DNA from: Chiloscyllium plagiosum
Lineage: Eukaryota
Length of the DNA: 47,996 nt
Assembly: GCF_004010195.1 (NCBI RefSeq)
Contig: NC_057750.1
Span: 10,348,810 to 10,396,805, forward strand
Direction: 5' to 3'
The notes under the pieces were generated by a model. It did not search any database, was not told the origin of the DNA, and saw only the letters and a list, made by a program, of their open reading frames with translations. Position 1 is the first letter of the stretch; the number at the start of each line of letters is the position of its first letter. A program made the position numbers and the translations under genes. Of the stretch, positions 1-11,400 are shown piece after piece.

Positions 1-34
1 GCCCCCCCGCCCTCCCCACTCTTCCCCTCCACCC

Positions 35-295
35 TGCCTCACAGCGCCAGGGACCCAGATCAGATTCTAGCCTCAGGCAACTGCTTGTGTGGTGTTTGCA
101 CATTCTCCCTGTGCCTGTGTGGGTTTTCTCCAGGTGCTCTGGTTTCCTCCCACAACCCAAAGATGTGTAGGTTAGGTGCATTAGTAAGGGGTAAATGTAC
201 ATTGGAAGGACAATGGGTCTGGGTGGGTTACTCTTTGAAGGGTCAGTCTGGTCTTGTTGGACTAAATGGCCAGTTACCACACTAGGGATTCTATA
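35..295 (+). mobile_element. HE1-like V-SINE (tRNA head, V domain, CR1-type tail)
   Basis: Same family as copies at 3650, 7635, 12765 and 34415; gtttgcacattctcc...ggtttcctcccaca core. Confidence 0.8.
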
Positions 296-424
296 ATTTA
301 TTATTGTCACATATACCGAGGTACAGTGAAAAGTTTTGTGTGCAGTACAGGCAGATCGTAACATACAAAGATCGTAGGCTGATTGAACAAAGTGAGGAAT
401 TATTAAGTTATGGCTACAGAGAAG

Positions 425-1095
425 GATCCATTGTTGAATCGCTCCAGCCCTGGCAACCTCCAAATGAATCTCCTATATACCTTCTCCAGTACAATTATAT
501 CCAGTGGCTACCTGAACTATGTACACTACTCCAGCTACGGCCTAACAAATGTTACATACAGCTCCAACATAACCTTGTTGCTCTTGTATTCGGTGTTTCA
601 CCTAATAAAGGCAGGTGTCTCATATGCTTCCTTAACCACCTTAGCTACCTGTCTTGCTGCCTTCAACGAGCTATGGATGTTCGCACAAAGGTCCCTTTAT
701 ATTTCCTAGAGTCTTACCATTCATCATCTATTCCCTTTCCTTTTTAGTCCTCTCAAAATACATAATCACGGATTTTTCAGGATTAAATTCCATTTGCTAC
801 TGTTCAGTCCATCTGACCAGTCTGTCTGTATCTTTCTGTAATCTAAGGCTTTCTTCCTCAATATTTACCACACCATCAAATTTTGCGTCTTCTGCGAATT
901 TGCAGATTATACTTCCTGTTTTCATTTCTAGATCATTGGTGTACCCAACAGCAAGGGACCCAGCATTGAACCCTTTGGTATGCCACTGGACAAAGGAAAA
1001 CAGCTACACAATTATCCTTCGACCATCACCCTCTGCTTCCTGCCACTAAGCCAGTTTTTATTTGACAAATTGCCCTGGATCCCATGAACTCTTAA
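425..1095 (-). mobile_element. Decayed CR1-type LINE RT fragment
   Basis: Reverse strand shows FADD-like (tctgcgaattt) and GVPxGSxLGP-like (gggacccagcattgaacc) remnants. Confidence 0.65.
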
Positions 1096-1689
1096 GAAAG
1101 TTATAAAGTGCCTTTATGGTGCCTCAGAAGTTGATTATCAAATATTTTACATAAGGAAATTGAGCAGAAGCTCCTTGATATTAAGATGCCTCTTCAGCCA
1201 GCAAAAGAGGTCGAGTGACATTGAGAGACACATCCAGGAATGTGGGGGTCCAGGCAGCTGAAGGCACGGCTGCCAGTGAAAAGTCAGGGCATAGCTGGGG
1301 TGGGGGTGTCCAAAGTGGGAAACTGTGGGGAGGGATTCACTCATGAGTTCCAAAAAAGTTGGGCACAGATGTGGGAGGCAATATTGTGCTCAGGGACTGA
1401 GAAAGAAAAGGATAGGGAAGATCCAGGTGAGCTCAGGTTTGTAATAGTGGAAAGTGCAGTTCTAGACTCTCCCACCCCAGGGAAAAGACTTAATTTATTT
1501 ATCCTTTCCATGTCCCTCACGATTGCATTGATGGAAGGTTAAACTCAACAATGTCAAATTGGGGCAGGCAGTAGACAACCCCTCTGACTTGGAGACAAAC
1601 CATGTAATGTTTGCAAAGTATAGGTGCTATATAGATGTAAGTTATTGGAGTTGAATGATAGCAACTTCATGTAACTACAGCACCCCTCC

Positions 1690-1975
1690 CAATTTCCTCA
1701 TTTACCAGGGATCCCCTGCAAATTCTGACACATTTCCCAGGAACCTCTTCTAATAATTGACCCAACCTTAGGGATCCTCTGCAAATATTGAAGCACTCCC
1801 TGGGACTCACGTAAATATTGACATACTCCTACAGGACACCCTGTAATTGTGATCTGCCCACAATCTCCAGGAATATGCACTCCTGGGGAAATCCTGTAAA
1901 TATTGATACTATAGTGTATACAGGAGCTGATGCGGTATATTCTGCAGTTTTGTACACATATTCCCACTGCCCCCA
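1690..1975. repeat. Degenerate ~30-bp tandem repeat
   Basis: Recurring ccctg(c/t)aaatattgacaca...ccaggg units. Confidence 0.6.
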
Positions 1976-2023
1976 CTGAATCTATGACAAAAGAATATCA
2001 AAACGTGCTTTGCAACGTCTGAT

Positions 2024-2029
2024 TTTATT
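2024..2029 (-). terminator. Probable polyadenylation signal of the calpain gene
   Basis: AATAAA about 410 nt after the stop, followed by a U-rich element (gttttgatattcttttgtc). Confidence 0.6.
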
Positions 2030-2435
2030 ATGAATTTGATCACAAGTAATAACATGCAGTACTATATGTTGGCAGCACGTATAGATCCCATTTCCCAACT
2101 GAGGTAGACCCTCAATGTCAGTGACCATCATGTTGAATCATTGATATAGAAGAAAGGTGAATCAGAAACTCAAGCAGCAGGCACTTAGGGTACTCAAGGT
2201 TTGTCGATGTCTGACGAGTTGCAACCCAGAATGTGAAGGGTTCAGATCCAGTGCATCTTGCAGACGGTGATATTTGACTGTACCTGAGCAGCATTTTTCA
2301 TGATTAAATGAAGTTGAAAGCAGAGTTAAGCAAAGACTGGACTCCCATGTAAACACTCAGGAGATCTCATATCTGCGTCTGATGATTTGCCATGCTTGCT
2401 GAAGGCAATCCGAACCCAGCAAATCTCAGCAAACA

Positions 2436-2462
2436 TTAGATGCCAATAAAGAGCAAGAGCCA
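2436..2462 (-). CDS. CAPN12: Calpain exon 21, terminal coding part: WLLLFIGI*
   Basis: ttttcttctcttttctcag|TGGCTC...ATCTAA; classical calpains end in a short WLxLxxxx* exon. Confidence 0.9.
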   Translation of the reverse strand, partial: WLLLFIGI

Positions 2463-5400
2463 CTGAGAAAAGAGAAGAAAAATGCTCAGTGTTTCTGGCT
2501 TCTCATCACCATCCTATCCCGGTTCCCAGGCAAAAATGCTCTTGTTCTGTCCAGTTGTTAACTGGACCCGACGCCCACCCTGTCCTGGGCCAGCCTGAAT
2601 CCCTCCACCCAGTGCAGGTGCCGGACTGGAGGTCCCACCCATGTCTTGGGCTGCACTGGACCCCCCACCCAGTGTTGGGGCCGGACTGGAGGCCCCACCC
2701 ATGTCCTGGAATGCCCCCACCCTGGCTAGGATGGACACTCCTCCTATCCAGTGTCTGGAATGGACAGCCCCTATCCCAAGTGAGACTGACCACTTAGAAC
2801 ATTGCGTCAACCCCTTTTTTTGCAGCACTAACTGTGAATCACCTGATGAATTGCTTTCGGCTGTGGGTCCTTCAGTCTCTCATATATAGCTGAAATGAAA
2901 GAAATTGATGGTTATTTACTTGTTGCTGATATTGATGCTGGAAAAGCACAGCAGGTCAGGCAGCATCTGAGCAGAGAATCAACGTTTCAGGCAAGAACCT
3001 TTCATCAGGAATGAGGCTTGTGAGCCGTGGGGGTGGAGAGATAAATGTGGGGGGGGTGGACTTTATACCAGAATCATTTGACAAGTATGGAAAAGTCAGG
3101 TGTAGCTGGGAAACTTCAGTCAAAATTAATAACTTTCATTGATGTAACACCTAACAAGGACATCACGTGAAGTAAAATATAATCACTGGTTATTGAGTGG
3201 CAGCCAATGTTTACTTCCCAGCACAATGGCACTCTCTCAGTACTGACCCTCTGACAGTCCAGTGCACCCTTGGTACTGACCCTCCGATAGTACAGCTTTC
3301 TCTCAGTCCTGATCCGCCTACAGTAATGCACTCAACATCCCACCGTGTGGCACACTCTCAGTACTGACCCTCCAATAGTAGGACACTCTTTCAGTCCTAA
3401 TCCTCCAATCATGCAGTGCACCCTCAATACTGACTTTTGACAGGGCAGTGTTCCCTCAGTACTGACCCTCTAACAGTGCAGCACTCCCTCAGTACTAACT
3501 CTTGGATATTGTGTCACTCCCTCAGTACTGACCCTTCGATATTTGTATTGATTCTTCATTATTTGACCATCCACAGTGTGGCACTCCTTCCAAATCCAGA
3601 CTTGCCTGACCTAGAGATGAGACCCATTGGCTACAGCTGACAAGGAATAATAGAAACCGTAAATGTGGAAACAGGCCATTTGGCTCAACAAGTCCATACC
3701 AACCCTCTGAAGAGTATCCCACCTAGACCCATTCCTCTACCCTACTTACATTTCCCCTGACTAATGCACCTAATCTACACATCCTTGAACACAATGGGCA
3801 ATTTAGCATGGCCAATTCACCTAACCTGCACATCTTTGGACTGTGGGAGGAAACCTGAGCACCTGGAAGAAACCCACGCAGACTGTGCAAACTCCACACA
3901 GACAGTTGCCCGAAGCTGGAATCGAACCCAGGTCCTTGGTGCTGAAAGGCAGCAGTGCTAACCACTGAGCAACTGTGCTGCTCAGTGATGAATGCAGCCT
4001 GAGGCCCACTGACACTGGATGAATTCAGCCCAAGGTCCACTTTCCTAGTGCTGGACTCCAAGAGCTAAACTGAACTGCTAGAAGAAAATGTACGTTTGAT
4101 AAAGAAAATTAGGATAAAATTGTTTTTTTGAACACTCTTTGTGGGATGTGGGCATTACTGGTTGACCAGCATTTACTTCCCATCCCTCTATATGCCCTTG
4201 TGGAGATAATAGGGAGTTGCCTTCTTTGAACTGCTGCAGTCTACCTGCTGTCGGTTGACCCACAATGCCATTAGGGAGGGCGTTCCAAGATTTGATTCAA
4301 TGACAGAAACAAACAGCAATACTTTTCCACGTCAGGATGGTGAGTGGCTGGGAGGAAAATTTGAAGGTGGTAGTGTCCCATATACCTGCTGTACTTATTC
4401 TTCAAATGATTTTGGGTTTGGAAGATGTTGCCTCAGTATCTTTGGTGAATTTTTGCAGTGTATCTTGTAGATAGTACACACTGCTGCTCCTGGTGACAGT
4501 AGTGGGAGTTTACTCACCAAAGAGCTTTTGCAGCTTGGCCACACAGCTGACAAAGTGACTGAAGCAGATTTTGTTGGTGCTGGTTCTGTGACGCATCCAA
4601 AGTTCATGGTGAACCTTCGAATCCAATTCAAACCCTGGGAATGGAAGAAAGAAATCTCCTTAATAAAAAGGCGGTGGGGGGGGGGTGGGGGGTGCAGTTT
4701 CTTGAAGACAAATAAGGGAGAAAAACTTGCATTTATATAGTGCTTTTCACAGCCCTATAAACAGTCAGTGACATTCAAAATTGCACAGTTGGATCACTTG
4801 ATTTAATATTTGATCTGAAAAATGATACCTCCATCAGTGTGGCAATTGCTCAGTTCTGATCATGGGACAGTCCTTGCTCGTCAGTACTACATTGGAGCAT
4901 GAGCCTTGATTTCTGTGTTCAAATCCTGGAGTGGGACTTGAACCTGAACTTCTGCTGTTCAGTGGCTGCCTACTGAGCCAAGCTGACCTTTGGACAGAGG
5001 GTAGATACTTTGTCACTCAGGAAATGAGTGGGAAATATTCCTCCCAGCCCCAGCCCCACTGATCCCCAGGGAGACTTGATTGTTGTCACCCTCTCACAGG
5101 ATCCATCACAGGGTTATGAGAGGGGAGGGGTGTGTAACTGAGAAGTAGAACGTCTAGCATGGGTGCTCATGATTCTGCCTATTTCATGTGCTGGTTAAAG
5201 GGTCTGCGAGCCAGGTCATGGCTTCTCAGCCCTTTCCTCTCCATCTTGTCTCACTCCTTGGAGAATTTGGAATGTGGTTCTTTAAAGACATATAATGTAC
5301 AAGCTGCAACCTTCCAGATAGTCTTACCTGCGTCAGACAATGCAGGGCGAAGGTCGTGGGAATTCATCAGACCAGTTTCACGGTCCACAAACTGGTCAAA

Positions 5401-8400
5401 TATACCCTGTGATCACAAGCAATAGTTAACACTCTGCAAATGCTCCAGTGACATGCTATTAGCAGCATTACTATAGTCATACACCCCCTCTCTGAGGAAT
5501 TATTTATTCCTTGTCATTCACTCTCCCTTTCACACATTCTCTACTTCATGTTCTCCCTATCTCCACATTCACACTCCTTCCTTCCCACCCTTTCCATTTT
5601 CTCTGTTTCCTCCTCCCACCATTTATTTTCCTCTATCACATTCTTCCTTCCTCCCCTTTCATTCTCCCTCTCCCTCACTTACTCCCAAACAAGCCCATCC
5701 TCCCTTCCCTGTCTTCTACTCCCTCTCCCACTTTGCCTCGCTCCCTCCACCTTACCTCACTCTCTCCACCTTACCTCACTCTCTTCCCCATTCCTCTCTC
5801 CCTCACAAAGGCCATCCACTGTGCCGCCTTATCTTATCCTCTGTTCCATTCCCCCATCTTTCCCTCTCTCTCCCTCCTTCCCACTTCCCATCCTCTCCCT
5901 TTTTCCATACTCCCTTGCTCTTCCATTCCCTCTCCATATCCCTTCCTCTACTCATTCCTCCCTGTCTCCTCCTCCGTGTCCCATTCTTTCATCCTACACT
6001 CTCCCGCACGTCTCTTCCTCCAAAGGACGAAGTCCTCACCTGCAGTTTCTGCACGTGCATCACCATGAGTTTGACTTCCTGAGGGCTGAGGCAGCCATGT
6101 TGACCAGGGGACTGGACATTAACTGTTAAGGTGGTTCATCTCCAAAACTATTCAGCAATCCCAAAACCAACTCGCCCAACAGTTTTCCCAATACAGACTA
6201 ACCATTTACCAGCAGAGGCCCAATCTTCCATTGGTCTGTGACTGATAGTGTTCACAATTTATAAAACTCCAGATCCAGAAGCAGCTTGCAAGGTGGAAGG
6301 AGGTGTGACTGTCAGCTTTTTGTCCCGACTCCAACTCACACCATCCTAAAACAACACCTCAATACATCCTTCAGGTCTCTTCCTAGTCACTTCCATCCCT
6401 CCCCCTCCATTTTGTGGCATATTGGTAACTGTGTTAAGTTCTTTATTTCCTGAGATCCTAATGCACTTGATGTAATTGCGATACACCAACCTCTGTGAGC
6501 AACAGCCAAATTTTATCAAGCACAGTACAGTACAGTACAAGCTTTGGAGAACACTCCTTGCCATGCTTGCGAGGCATGTTTTGGGAAGCTCACCCTGAGC
6601 AAAGGAAACAGCCCCTCCTTTATACAAAATCTTTACATCACAGTCAATAATGCTCACAAGACGACCCCCAATCATTCTCTCTCAGTCACATGCCACTCAA
6701 GACACAATGCAGTGACCTCATCATCTCCAGAAACATTGTAATGCAAATCATCCCTTAATGGCCAGATCTGGTGTGAATTGTACTTTTTCTGTAACTATAG
6801 GGGAGTAGTTAAATTCCAACTGTAATGTTCTTATTGATTTCTTACAAACTATCTAAGTCAGAGGCATCTCACCCTAGCCTCGGGACATCCAATTTTTTGC
6901 ATGTCAGCAGAGCAAAGTAACTCTTAAATATCACAACTGTACCCTCTTAACTCTACGATTTCCTCTGGCCTTCATCCACACCACTACAATATGCTCTCAG
7001 AAATTTAGCAAGTGGCTTCAGTAAAAGATACATTAACTGCAAACACCAAACTGCAGCAGGTCTCCAGGCTTAGGTGATATGTATCAGAACTGGCTATTGG
7101 AGGAGCGAGAGAGAGAGAGGCAGACAGACAGAGGGATGCAAGACAAAGAAAGAGACAGAAACAGAGACAGAAATGGAGACAAAATGAGACCAACAGAAAA
7201 AAAACAATGAAGGTAACCAATGATCAAGTCAATTGAACAGAGAGACAAAGATGAGGAAGAGTCAGGAAGACAAAGACAGATAAAGACAGGGACAGACACA
7301 AAAAGAGAAAAGCAAAGCAAGGTAGAAAGGCAATGAAATAATTAATTTTAAAAACCAATTAATTTGAACCTGTGGTTGAACTTTCTGACATTGAGGCATG
7401 TACACGAGTAGGGATATCTCAAATTTATTCAAACAAAAATTAACATAACATTGATTAAAATAGGTGTATCAGTCAATAAAAGTATAATGTTAAACAAAGT
7501 GGAATGATTATTGTAACTTGTAGAAATAAGTTGACAATCATCAAGAGATTGTTGGTATCAGTAAATGGATAGATCATTGTTTGGCTTTTTTGTCGTTGCT
7601 TTAGTCTGTCTGAGGGAACAGGGGGAGGAATTTCATAGAAACCCTACAGTGTGGAAACAGGCCATTCAGCCCAACAAGTCCACAGAAGGACATCTCACCC
7701 AGACTCACCCTCCTACCCTCTCCCTGTACCTCTGCATTTCCGAACCTACACATCCCTAGGCAATTTAGCACAGCCAATCCATCAAATCTGCACATCTTTG
7801 GCCTATAGGAGGAGACCCACATAGACATGAGTAGCATCTGGAAATTCCATAAGACAGTCTCCTGAGGCTGGAATTTCCTGGGTCCCTGGCGCTGTGAGGC
7901 AGCAGTGCTAACCACTGAGCCACAGTGCTGCTCATAGTGAAAGTTGTTATTATTCATATCCCAGAAATAAGCGTCTGGTCAGGGTATATCCCACACACAC
8001 ACACACAGCTGGGCAGTCAACAGAGACTGGGGGAACTGGGTGACAAGTGCATTCCTGTGCAGTGGGTGGTCCAGTCATGTGGGGTAAGTTTCGGGTGGAG
8101 GTGATTCCTGTACTCTGGGGCATCCTGTATTTCCACAGGCACTTGTTTCTGGTCTCAAATGTGATTCAGTAAAACCAGCTATCAGTTAGCTTGTTGCTGT
8201 CTGTACTAAAGATCATTCAATAGCTCTCTCACACAAGACAATTGGGAACTGTACAGTACCAAACTGTAATTGTGGGTGAGAAATCAAAGATCAACAAACA
8301 AATCAGAGCCAAACCTGTTAAAAATGAAGTTCAAAAATCTTTTACCAAACATACAAACAAGGAGCAGAAGCAGGTCATTCAGCCTCTTCAGCCTGCACCA

Positions 8401-11400
8401 CCATTCAATAAGATTATGGCTGATTTGATTGCAACTTTAAATCTGTTTTCTCTTGATAACCTTTCACCTCTTCCACACCCCCTCTCCCCCAGTTCTTCAA
8501 CAAGAATCTATTGCCTCTGCCTTAAAAATGTTAATACACTCTGCTTCCACTTCTATTTTAGCAAGAATTCTAGAGAGACTACACCTTCTGAGAGAAGACA
8601 CTTTACCTCATTCCAGGTTTAAATGGGCAATGCTTAATTTTTAAGTCGTTCAACTATTTAAGCCCTTTAAGCCTGGTTCTAGATTTCTGCATAAGAGGAA
8701 ACATCCTCTTCACATCTATCCTGTCCTGATCCCTCAGGATCTTTTAGATTTCAATCGGGTCACCTCTTATCTGCTCGAGTTTAGAAGTATATCAGCTTAG
8801 CCTGTCCAACCATTCCTCATAAGGTAATTTGCCCATTCCAACAAACCCTGGGATAACCTGGAAAGCCTACTCTGAATTGCTTCCATTGCATTGTTATCTT
8901 TCCTTAAATAATATTAGTATTGTACATAGTATTGCAAATGTGTCACCAGTGTCCTGCATCACTGAAGCATATTGTCTCTATTTTTCTGTTCACTTCCCCT
9001 CGCAATTCTACATAGTAATCTTAGACAAGTCATGCATTAGGACACCCAGATTCATCTGCATCTCAGAACTCTACAATCTCTCAACCATTTAGATATTATG
9101 CTTTTTTAATTCTTCCTCACAAAATGAATAGCTTCACATTTTCCCAGCTATAGAGACATATGGCATGAAAATACAACCTTGGGTCCAACTAGTCCAGGCC
9201 GAACATAATCCCAAAATAACTAGTCCCTATGTGTCTGCTCTTGGCCCGTATCCCTCCAGACCTTTCCTATTCATGTACTTACCCAAATGTCTTTTAAAAG
9301 TTGTAACTGTGCCCACATCCTCCACTTCCTCAGGAAATTCATTTCATCCGCAAACCATCCTCTGCGTAAAAGATTTCCCCATATATCTTTTTAAATCTCT
9401 CTCCTCTCACCTTAAAATATGCCTACTAGTATTGAAATCCTCCTTCCGAGGGAAAAGACACCTACCATTAACCCTATCTATATCCTTCATGATTTTATAA
9501 ACCTCTAAAAAGTCACCTCTCGATCTCCCATGCACCAATGGAAAAAAAAGTCCGAGCCTAGCCAACCTTTCGTTATAACTCAAATGGTCCATAGCTGGTA
9601 ACATGCTGGTAAGTGTCTTCTGAACCCTCTCTAGCTTAATAGTATCCTTCATATATGTTCTCCATTGTCACATCTTTTCCTCCCACTCACTTCACCTCCC
9701 ACTCACTTCATGTAGGCGAAAGTGAGGACTAGAGATTACATTCGAGTATGGTGCTGCAAAAGCACAGCAGGTCAGGCAGCATCTGAAAAGCAGCAAAAGC
9801 CCTTAAACGTAGATTTTTCCAAATCACTTTGTAGCCTCCCTATGTTGTCTTCACAAACTACTTTCCTACCTATTTGTATGTCATAAAAAAGTTTAGCTAC
9901 ATATCTTCCAAACCATCATCCAAGCCATATTACCAACAATCAAAGTCCCAGTCTTTGTTTAAGCACTTATTATTTCTTCCTTTTATATTGCACTCTGCAG
10001 TGTGGTTACTGTTAAAGGACCTGTACATCACTTCACAAGTAGAGTCATAGAGATGTACTGCACGGAAATAGACACTTTGGTCCAATTCATCCATGCTGAC
10101 CAGATATCCCAACCCAATCTAATCCAACCTACCAGCACCTGGCCTATGTTCGCCCAAACCCTTCCTAGTAATATACCCATCCAGAAGCCTTTTAAATGTT
10201 GCAATTGTACTAGCCTCCACCACTTCCTCTGACAGCTCATTCCATATATGTACCACCCTCTGCATGAAAAAATTGCCCCTTAGGTGTCTTTTATATCTTT
10301 CCCCTCTCACCCTAAACCTATGCCCTCTAGTTCTGGACTCCCCCACTCCAGGGAAAATACGTTGTCTATTTATCCTATCCATGCCCCTCGTGATTTTATA
10401 AACCTCTATAAGGTCACCCCTCAGCCTCCGATGGTCCAGGGAAAACAGCCCTAGCCTATTCAACGTTTCCCTATAGCTCAAATCCTCCAACCCTGGCAAC
10501 ATCCTTGTAACTCTTTTCTGAACCCTTTCAAGTTTCACAATATCTTTCCGATAGGAAGCAGACCAGAATTGCATGCAATGTTCCAACAGTGGCCTAACCA
10601 ATGTCCTGTACAGCCGCAACATGACCTCCCAACTCCTGTACTCAATACTCTGACCAATAAAGGAAAGCATATCAAATGCCTCCTTCACTATCCTATCTAC
10701 CTGCGACTCCACTTTCAAGGAGCTATGAACCTCCACTGCAAGATCTCTTTGTTCAGCAACGCTCCCTTGGACCTTACCATTAAGCGTATAAGTCCTGCTA
10801 GGATTTGCTTTCCCAAAATGCAGCACCTCACATTTATCTAAATTAAACTCTATCTGCCATTACTCAATCTAAAAGCCCATCTGATCAAGATCCCGTTGTA
10901 ATCTGAGGTAACCTTCTTTGCTGTCCACTACATCTCCAATTTTGGTGTCATCAGCAAACCTACTAATTATACCTTTTATGCTGACATCCAAATCATTTAT
11001 ATAACTGATGAAAAGTGGTTGACCCAGCACCGATCCTTGTGGCACTTCACTGGTCACAGGCCTCCAGTCTGAAAAACAGCCCTCCACCACCACCCTCTGT
11101 CTTCTACCTTTGAGCCAGTTCTATATCCAAATGGCGAGTTCTCCCTGTATTCCATGAGATCTAACCTTGTTGAATGCCTTACTGAAGTCCATATAGATCA
11201 CATCTACTGCTCTGCCCTCATCAATCCTCTTTGTTACTTCTTCAAAAAACTCAATCAAATTTGTGAGACATGATTTCCCATGCATAAAGCCATAACATTG
11301 TATCTTTATCATTTCTCATTACTACCTGAACCTATTCCACATCCTTGTTTCCCTAATTAGGCAAGCCTTCTCTATATTATTAAACCATCATTAACTAACA

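Noticed and set aside
2489..2889. Cluster of overlapping 80-100 aa ORFs
   Set aside because: They arise from a GC-rich minisatellite in the last intron.
5511..6129. 185-aa and 193-aa Pro/Ser/Leu-rich ORFs
   Set aside because: Produced by a C/T low-complexity tract that lacks stop codons; antisense to calpain.
10119..10826. 235-aa ORF as a host gene
   Set aside because: It is the C-terminal part of CR1 ORF2 in a truncated copy.
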